DNA of 37,211 bases, from assembly GCA_022759285.1 (NCBI GenBank), contig JAEMPM010000176.1, forward strand, positions 1 to 37,211, written 5' to 3'. The notes under the pieces are model-generated. The model was not told where the DNA came from and did not search any database. It saw only the letters and a list, made by a program, of their open reading frames with translations. Origin of the DNA: Thermocrinis sp. (GTDB lineage Bacteria > Aquificota > Aquificia > Aquificales > Aquificaceae). Numbering within the stretch: the first letter of the stretch is position 1; every line of letters starts with the position of its first letter. The translations under genes were made by a program, and so were the position numbers. Below are positions 33,004-37,211 of this stretch, piece after piece.

Positions 33004-33866
33004 CTTTTTAGGAATTCATCCACCAACGCCTTTGCCCTTTCTTGGTTAGACCTATAGTATATATCAATGGTGGTTTTTACGTTAGCGTGTCCCGCAAACT
33101 CCTTTACTAATTCTGCAGGAAAACCCTGGTTTATAAGGTTTGTTATGTAGGTATGCCTAAAGCTATGGAGTGAAAAGTCTATGCCGAGTCTTTTTGAAAG
33201 TCTGTTGGTATATACCTGCAAAGAACCTGCTTTGACCTTCAGGTTCGCGTCATAGTCTTCCAACCACCGGGAGAGCTCTTGAGTAAAACGGAAGGTTTCC
33301 TCCTTGGTGGGACCTATCAGTGGGGCGATTCTTTCCTTTTTCCTTTTGATGATCTCTGCAGGCAGATGTAGCCAATATATACCGCTTTTATCCAAGAAGA
33401 AATGCTCCGAGCTTAGATTTTTGTACTCCGATAGCCTTACACCGCTGTACAAAAAGAGTTTGTATACGTTTTCATACTTTGAACCTTTTACCTTTTGAAA
33501 TATCTTCTCAAGCTCAGATTTGCTAAGTGCCTTAGGCTTTTTGTGTATAACCTTTAGCCCGTAGTCCTCCTTTATATCCTCTATGGTTTCTTCAATTTCT
33601 GAGTATTTTTCCTTTTCTATGTAGCCTTTGCGGGCAAGGAACTTGTAGAAGTGTCTAAGAGCGGAAAAATGGGTTAGCAAAGAAGCAGGAGAAAGTTCTG
33701 AACTATCCGCATACTGGTAAAGTTCTGCAGAGGAGACCTCAACGAGTTTATGACTTGGCAATTGGAGTTTTTTTAAAAAGGAGTTGATAGCGTTTAAGTA
33801 AGTTATTGTAGTCCTTTCGCTCTTTGTCTTCTCTAAGTGCTTTTTCCAAAGCTCCAAAAGCTCCAC
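33000..33866 (-). CDS. Tyrosine recombinase/integrase (Xer-like)
   Basis: Catalytic set present: R (SGVRLSE), K (KRKKER), HxxR (HSFRH), H (AGHAN), Y (IDIYY); N-terminal core-binding domain (SALRHFYKFL); GTG start. Confidence 0.9.
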   Translation of the reverse strand: MELLELWKKHLEKTKSERTTITYLNAINSFLKKLQLPSHKLVEVSSAELYQYADSSELSPASLLTHFSALRHFYKFLARKGYIEKEKYSEIEETIEDIKEDYGLKVIHKKPKALSKSELEKIFQKVKGSKYENVYKLFLYSGVRLSEYKNLSSEHFFLDKSGIYWLHLPAEIIKRKKERIAPLIGPTKEETFRFTQELSRWLEDYDANLKVKAGSLQVYTNRLSKRLGIDFSLHSFRHTYITNLINQGFPAELVKEFAGHANVKTTIDIYYRSNQERAKALVDEFLKR

Positions 33867-33881
33867 AGAATAAATTATAAA

Positions 33882-33953
33882 TGGGCGATGGAGGAGTCGA
33901 ACCTCCGACCTCCATCGTGTGAGGATGGCGCTCTACCACTGAGCTAATCGCCC
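33882..33953 (-). tRNA. tRNA-Val(CAC)
   Basis: Acceptor GGGCGAT/ATCGCCC, anticodon arm CCATC-CTCACAC-GATGG, GGTTCGACTCC. Confidence 0.95.
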
Positions 33954-33956
33954 ATC

Positions 33957-34030
33957 CGTCCCCGGGAGGAGTCGAACCTCCGACCTCGAGATTAGGAATC
34001 TCGCGCTCTATCCTCCTGAGCTACGGGGAC
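33957..34030 (-). tRNA. tRNA-Arg(CCT)
   Basis: Acceptor GTCCCCG/CGGGGAC, anticodon arm CGAGA-TTCCTAA-TCTCG. Confidence 0.95.
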
Positions 34031-34033
34031 TGT

Positions 34034-34762
34034 CTATTTATTTATTATATCAAGAAACTCCTTAACTGCCCTTTCAAAGCCAAAGATCACCGCATTGGAA
34101 ACTATGGAATGTCCCACGTTCAGCTCTTCTACATAATCTTTGAGCTCTTTTATCAGATCCTTAACATTCTGATAGGTAAGACCATGCCCTGCATAGACCC
34201 TCATGCCCAAACTCTTTGCCTTTGTGGCTGCGTCCTTTAGCCTTTGAAGTTCCTCCTTAACACCCTTCCAATTGTGGGCGTTCCAAAGGTTCGCATACCT
34301 ACCCGTGTGCAACTCCACCGCATCTGCCCCAACTTCCTTTGACGCATAAATCTGTTCTTCTTCTGGCTCTACAAAAAGGGAAACCTCGATGCCCTCCGCT
34401 TTTATCTCCTTAAGGAACTCTTTCAGATAGCTCTTCAATCTCACTACATCCAAACCACCTTCCGTGGTGATCTCTTCTCTTCTTTCAGGCACCAAGGTAA
34501 CTCTGTTGGGCTTTACCTCCAAGGCGATCCTCTTCATCTCTTCGGTAGGTGCCATCTCCAAGTTTACAGGGACCCTTACCAATTTCTTTATGAGCCTGAG
34601 GTCCTCCTCTTGGATGTGTCGGCGGTCTTCCCTCAGATGCAAGGTAATTTGATGAGCACCCGCTTGCTCTGCCAAAAGGGCACAAAAAACCGGGCTTGGT
34701 TCAAAGGTCCTCCTTGCCTGCCTTAAGGTTGCTACATGGTCAATATTTACCCCGAGCCTCAT
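34034..34762 (-). CDS. pdxJ: Pyridoxine 5'-phosphate synthase
   Basis: [49 protein letters not shown]. Confidence 0.97.
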   Translation of the reverse strand: MRLGVNIDHVATLRQARRTFEPSPVFCALLAEQAGAHQITLHLREDRRHIQEEDLRLIKKLVRVPVNLEMAPTEEMKRIALEVKPNRVTLVPERREEITTEGGLDVVRLKSYLKEFLKEIKAEGIEVSLFVEPEEEQIYASKEVGADAVELHTGRYANLWNAHNWKGVKEELQRLKDAATKAKSLGMRVYAGHGLTYQNVKDLIKELKDYVEELNVGHSIVSNAVIFGFERAVKEFLDIINK

Positions 34763-34764
34763 GC

Positions 34765-35580
34765 TCAAAAATGCACATCACAAACCTGCTCGTATTCTAT
34801 AAGCTCTTTTATTACCGGCTTTTCTCCGCAAAGGGGACAGTTGGGATCCTTGCGCAATTTTACCTTCCTAAAGTCCATAGAAAGGGCATCCATGACAAGA
34901 AGCTTACCAACTAATGGCTCTCCTATGCCCAATATCACTTTTATTGCCTCCGTGGCCTGAATACAACCCATTATACCTGCAATGCTTCCAAGAATTCCCG
35001 CCTCTCGAGCAGAAGGCACAAGACCTGGAGAAGGAGGTTCTGGAAAGAGACATCTGTAGCAAGGAGACTGTTCTTTCATTCTGAAGTCAAAGACAGAAAT
35101 TTGACCTTCAAACCTCAGTATTGCGGCGGAAACTAAAGGTTTGCCCGCAAAGTAGCAAGCGTCATTTATAAGAAAGCGGGTGGAGAAGTTGTCGGTGCAA
35201 TCCAAGACCACGTCGTAATCCTTGATTATATCCATTATGTTTTCTTTGCTTATGCGGGTGTCGTAAGTGATCACCTTTACATCCGGGTTTAGCATTTCCA
35301 CGGTCTTTCTGGCAGATTCCACTTTGGGGGTGCCTACCCTTTCGGTGTTGTGGATAATCTGCCTTTGGAGATTTGATAAATCCACCACATCAAAATCCAC
35401 TATGCCAATGGTCCCCACACCGGCTGCTGCCAGGTACAGTATGGCAGGGGAACCCAACCCCCCTGCACCTATCACAAGTACTTTGGAATTTAATAACTTT
35501 TCTTGCCCTTCACCACCTACCTCGGGCAGGATTATATGCCTTGCGTATCTTTTTATCTGCTCTTCGGTAAAGTTAAACAT
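34765..35580 (-). CDS. MoeB/ThiF/HesA family E1-like adenylyltransferase
   Basis: [32 protein letters not shown], Zn motifs CYRC and CPLC; no rhodanese domain. Confidence 0.93.
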   Translation of the reverse strand: MFNFTEEQIKRYARHIILPEVGGEGQEKLLNSKVLVIGAGGLGSPAILYLAAAGVGTIGIVDFDVVDLSNLQRQIIHNTERVGTPKVESARKTVEMLNPDVKVITYDTRISKENIMDIIKDYDVVLDCTDNFSTRFLINDACYFAGKPLVSAAILRFEGQISVFDFRMKEQSPCYRCLFPEPPSPGLVPSAREAGILGSIAGIMGCIQATEAIKVILGIGEPLVGKLLVMDALSMDFRKVKLRKDPNCPLCGEKPVIKELIEYEQVCDVHF

Positions 35581-35591
35581 CCTAGCCCTCT

Positions 35592-35987
35592 TTATATGTT
35601 CAGCAATATACTTCGCAATTCTTGACCCTCGGAACTTTCCACCAAGCCCCTCTCATGAACCTGCTTATCGACCCGAGAAGGCTCCAAGGTGGATATTATG
35701 TAGTCCATAGCCTTGTAAGCCTTGGATGGGTCTCCACAGGTGTAGACATCTACCGTTGCCAATCCATGCTCGGGCCATGTGTGAATGGATATGTGAGACT
35801 CCGCAAGAAGGATCACTCCCGTGGCACCGTGGGGTTGGAATTGGTAGTAATGAGAGGAGATCTTGGTGAGACCTGCTACCCTTACGGCGGTCTCTAAAAG
35901 GTTTTTGATGTCTTCTACCCTGTCAATAAGATCAGGGTTAACGCCGTGCAGGTCTGCTAAGATATGCAGTCCGAGGGCTTTTGCCAT
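35592..35987 (-). CDS. speD: S-adenosylmethionine decarboxylase proenzyme (class 1B, SpeD/SpeH)
   Basis: LGLHILAD, FQPHGATGV, LAE|SHISIHTWPE (pyruvoyl cleavage site), DVYTCG; AAGGAGG RBS. Some paralogs in this family are arginine decarboxylases. Confidence 0.9.
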   Translation of the reverse strand: MAKALGLHILADLHGVNPDLIDRVEDIKNLLETAVRVAGLTKISSHYYQFQPHGATGVILLAESHISIHTWPEHGLATVDVYTCGDPSKAYKAMDYIISTLEPSRVDKQVHERGLVESSEGQELRSILLNI

Positions 35988-36037
35988 TTCTTCTCCTCCT
36001 TGTCAAGGTTTTTTAAAAGTTTCCAAAGCCAAATCAT
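35957..36037 (-). CDS. Putative leader peptide (uORF) MIWLWKLLKNLDKEEKKWQKPSDCIS overlapping the speD start
   Basis: AAAGGAGGT SD with a 9-nt spacer to ATG 36037, downstream of a TATAAT; TAG stop ends 31 nt inside speD, out of frame. Confidence 0.55.
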   Translation of the reverse strand: MIWLWKLLKNLDKEEKKWQKPSDCIS

Positions 36038-36068
36038 AGCAAAAAACCTCCTTTTGCAAGAAAGACAA

Positions 36069-36076
36069 ATTATAAT
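36069..36076. promoter_or_regulatory. Overlapping divergent -10 boxes (palindrome ATTATAAT) for the speD operon and rsmD-coaD
   Basis: TATAAT on + at 36071-36076, 7 nt before the rsmD ATG, and on - at 36074-36069. Confidence 0.6.
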
Positions 36077-36083
36077 AACTTTT

Positions 36084-36542
36084 ATGAAAAAATCAAGTAG
36101 AAAAAAACTCCTTAGACCCACTTCATCTATGGTAAAGCAGGCGGTGTTCAACATGCTGGGAGACATAGAGGGCATGCTCTTTATAGACCTATTTGCCGGG
36201 ACTGGTCAGATGGGTTTTATGGCTATGGAGAGAGGTGCACAGGTGCTTTTCGTGGAAAAGAACAGAAAGTTTGCCCAAGCAATAAAGGAAAAGGGAGGGA
36301 AAGTTATCAATTTAGACGCAATAAAGTTTTTAGAACATTTGGAAGACAAGCCAGATATAATCTTTGCAGATCCTCCTTATGATTATGAAAACTACTCAAA
36401 ACTCATTGAATTAGCCATCAAAAAACTAAACAATGGAGGATTTTTTATCCTTGAACACAGGAAAGGCCAAAACTTTGGGGCAGAAAAGGTAAAAACTTAC
36501 GGAGACACCGCTCTATCTATATGGAGGAAAGAAGATGATTAG
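36084..36542 (+). CDS. rsmD: RsmD family rRNA methyltransferase
   Basis: LRPTSSMVKQAVFN, DLFAGTG, FADPPY, YGDT; conserved linkage to coaD; ATG 36084 chosen as start. Confidence 0.88.
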   Translation: MKKSSRKKLLRPTSSMVKQAVFNMLGDIEGMLFIDLFAGTGQMGFMAMERGAQVLFVEKNRKFAQAIKEKGGKVINLDAIKFLEHLEDKPDIIFADPPYDYENYSKLIELAIKKLNNGGFFILEHRKGQNFGAEKVKTYGDTALSIWRKEDD

Positions 36543-37017
36543 CGTAGTATATCCGGGCACCTTTGACCCTCCCCACCTGGGACACCTTGACATAGTTAAA
36601 AGGAGCTGTGAGCTATTTGATAGGGTAGTAGTGGCCATAGCCAAAAGTCCAAGGAAATACCTACTCTTTAATTTGGAAGAGAGAGTAGATATGTTTAGAG
36701 TGATGGTTGAACCCTTAGGTTCAAAGGTAGAAGTTATGGGCTTTGATGGACTTTTGGTAGATTTTATGAAGAAGGAGGGGTTAAGGGTAATAGTGAGAGG
36801 TGTTAGGCTCTTTACGGACTTTGAGTATGAACTTCAAATTGCCCTCAATAATAGCAAGTTGGCAGGCGTGGAAACCATATTTATGATGCCTTCTCAAGAA
36901 TACATACACATAAGTTCCACCATAGTAAGGGACATAGCCAGCTACTGCGGAACTTTAGAGAGCTTGGTACATCCCTATGTGGCAAAAAAGCTAAGAGAAA
37001 AGTTTAACTGCTCTTAA
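36535..37017 (+). CDS. coaD: Phosphopantetheine adenylyltransferase
   Basis: YPGTFDPPHLGHLDI, RGVR, DFEYELQ, ISSTIVR. Confidence 0.97.
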   Translation: MISVVYPGTFDPPHLGHLDIVKRSCELFDRVVVAIAKSPRKYLLFNLEERVDMFRVMVEPLGSKVEVMGFDGLLVDFMKKEGLRVIVRGVRLFTDFEYELQIALNNSKLAGVETIFMMPSQEYIHISSTIVRDIASYCGTLESLVHPYVAKKLREKFNCS

Positions 37018-37211
37018 CCTTTGTGGCCTTATCCGAGACTGCTTTCAAAACCCTCATCGGGGCGTCCCTCTTAGCGGATAAAGGGACTGACCTACTCCGC
37101 TTAGAAACGTAAAGATAAAACAAGTAATAGGAGAAATGCTAAGCAAAGGAGACTGCCTATAGATGGTTAGCCTCCTTTATCGTCACTTATACGATCATGA
37201 ACCTAAAAAAT

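Noticed and set aside
33890-33990. 23-bp direct repeat GGAGGAGTCGAACCTCCGACCTC next to the recombinase, a possible attL/attR pair
   Set aside because: Both copies are the T-arms of two complete adjacent tRNA genes, not a duplicated att fragment flanking cargo.
36001-36006. Perfect TTGACA on the minus strand upstream of speD
   Set aside because: There is no -10 at 16-18 nt spacing (it would fall in the speD CDS as CAAAAG-like); the hexamer lies within the uORF.
35964-36083. 40-aa N-terminal extension of RsmD in the ORF track
   Set aside because: Overlaps speD and the divergent promoter; ATG 36084 fits the -10 box.
37027-37085. SAM-I riboswitch-like words on the minus strand (TTATCC...GAGGGAC...CCCGATGA...GGATAAG), also hammerhead-like GATGA...GAAA
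   Set aside because: Lacks the P3 GCAACC/GGTGC elements, is too short, has no same-strand downstream gene, and has no hammerhead CUGA core or stem II.
1-37211. CRISPR array, IS element, prophage or rRNA
   Set aside because: No regularly spaced repeats, transposase, phage genes or rRNA-like sequence; nearly all bases are explained by housekeeping genes.

Overview
Core-genome window from a compact bacterium that looks like Aquificaceae (Thermocrinis/Hydrogenobacter-like). The assignment is inferred from the Aquifex-type EF-Tu, the NusG insertion, the N-extended S19, the RpoB/RpoC insertions and the short TopA. The left end has a minus-strand ppa-kdsD-amidohydrolase-tRNA-Pro run. A ~27 kb plus-strand block follows: Thr-Tyr-Gly-Thr tRNAs, tuf, rpmG, tRNA-Trp, secE, nusG, rplKAJL, rpoBC, rpsLG, fusA, a second apparently identical tuf, and the S10 operon to rpsQ. 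After rpsQ come two DsrF/DsrH-like genes, an orphan FrdA/SdhA, purK and lptB. A convergent minus-strand run carries speD, moeB/thiF, pdxJ, tRNA-Arg, tRNA-Val, a tyrosine recombinase, trmD and topA, and rsmD-coaD diverge from it. No CRISPR array, IS element or prophage was seen. The best leads are small and regulatory: a strong-RBS uORF with shift-prone sequence overlapping the speD (AdoMetDC) start, CDS/tRNA overlaps that would create non-stop mRNAs, a structured 3' region with a sequestered SD and a hydrophobic micro-ORF, and a MoeB lacking its conserved Cys.
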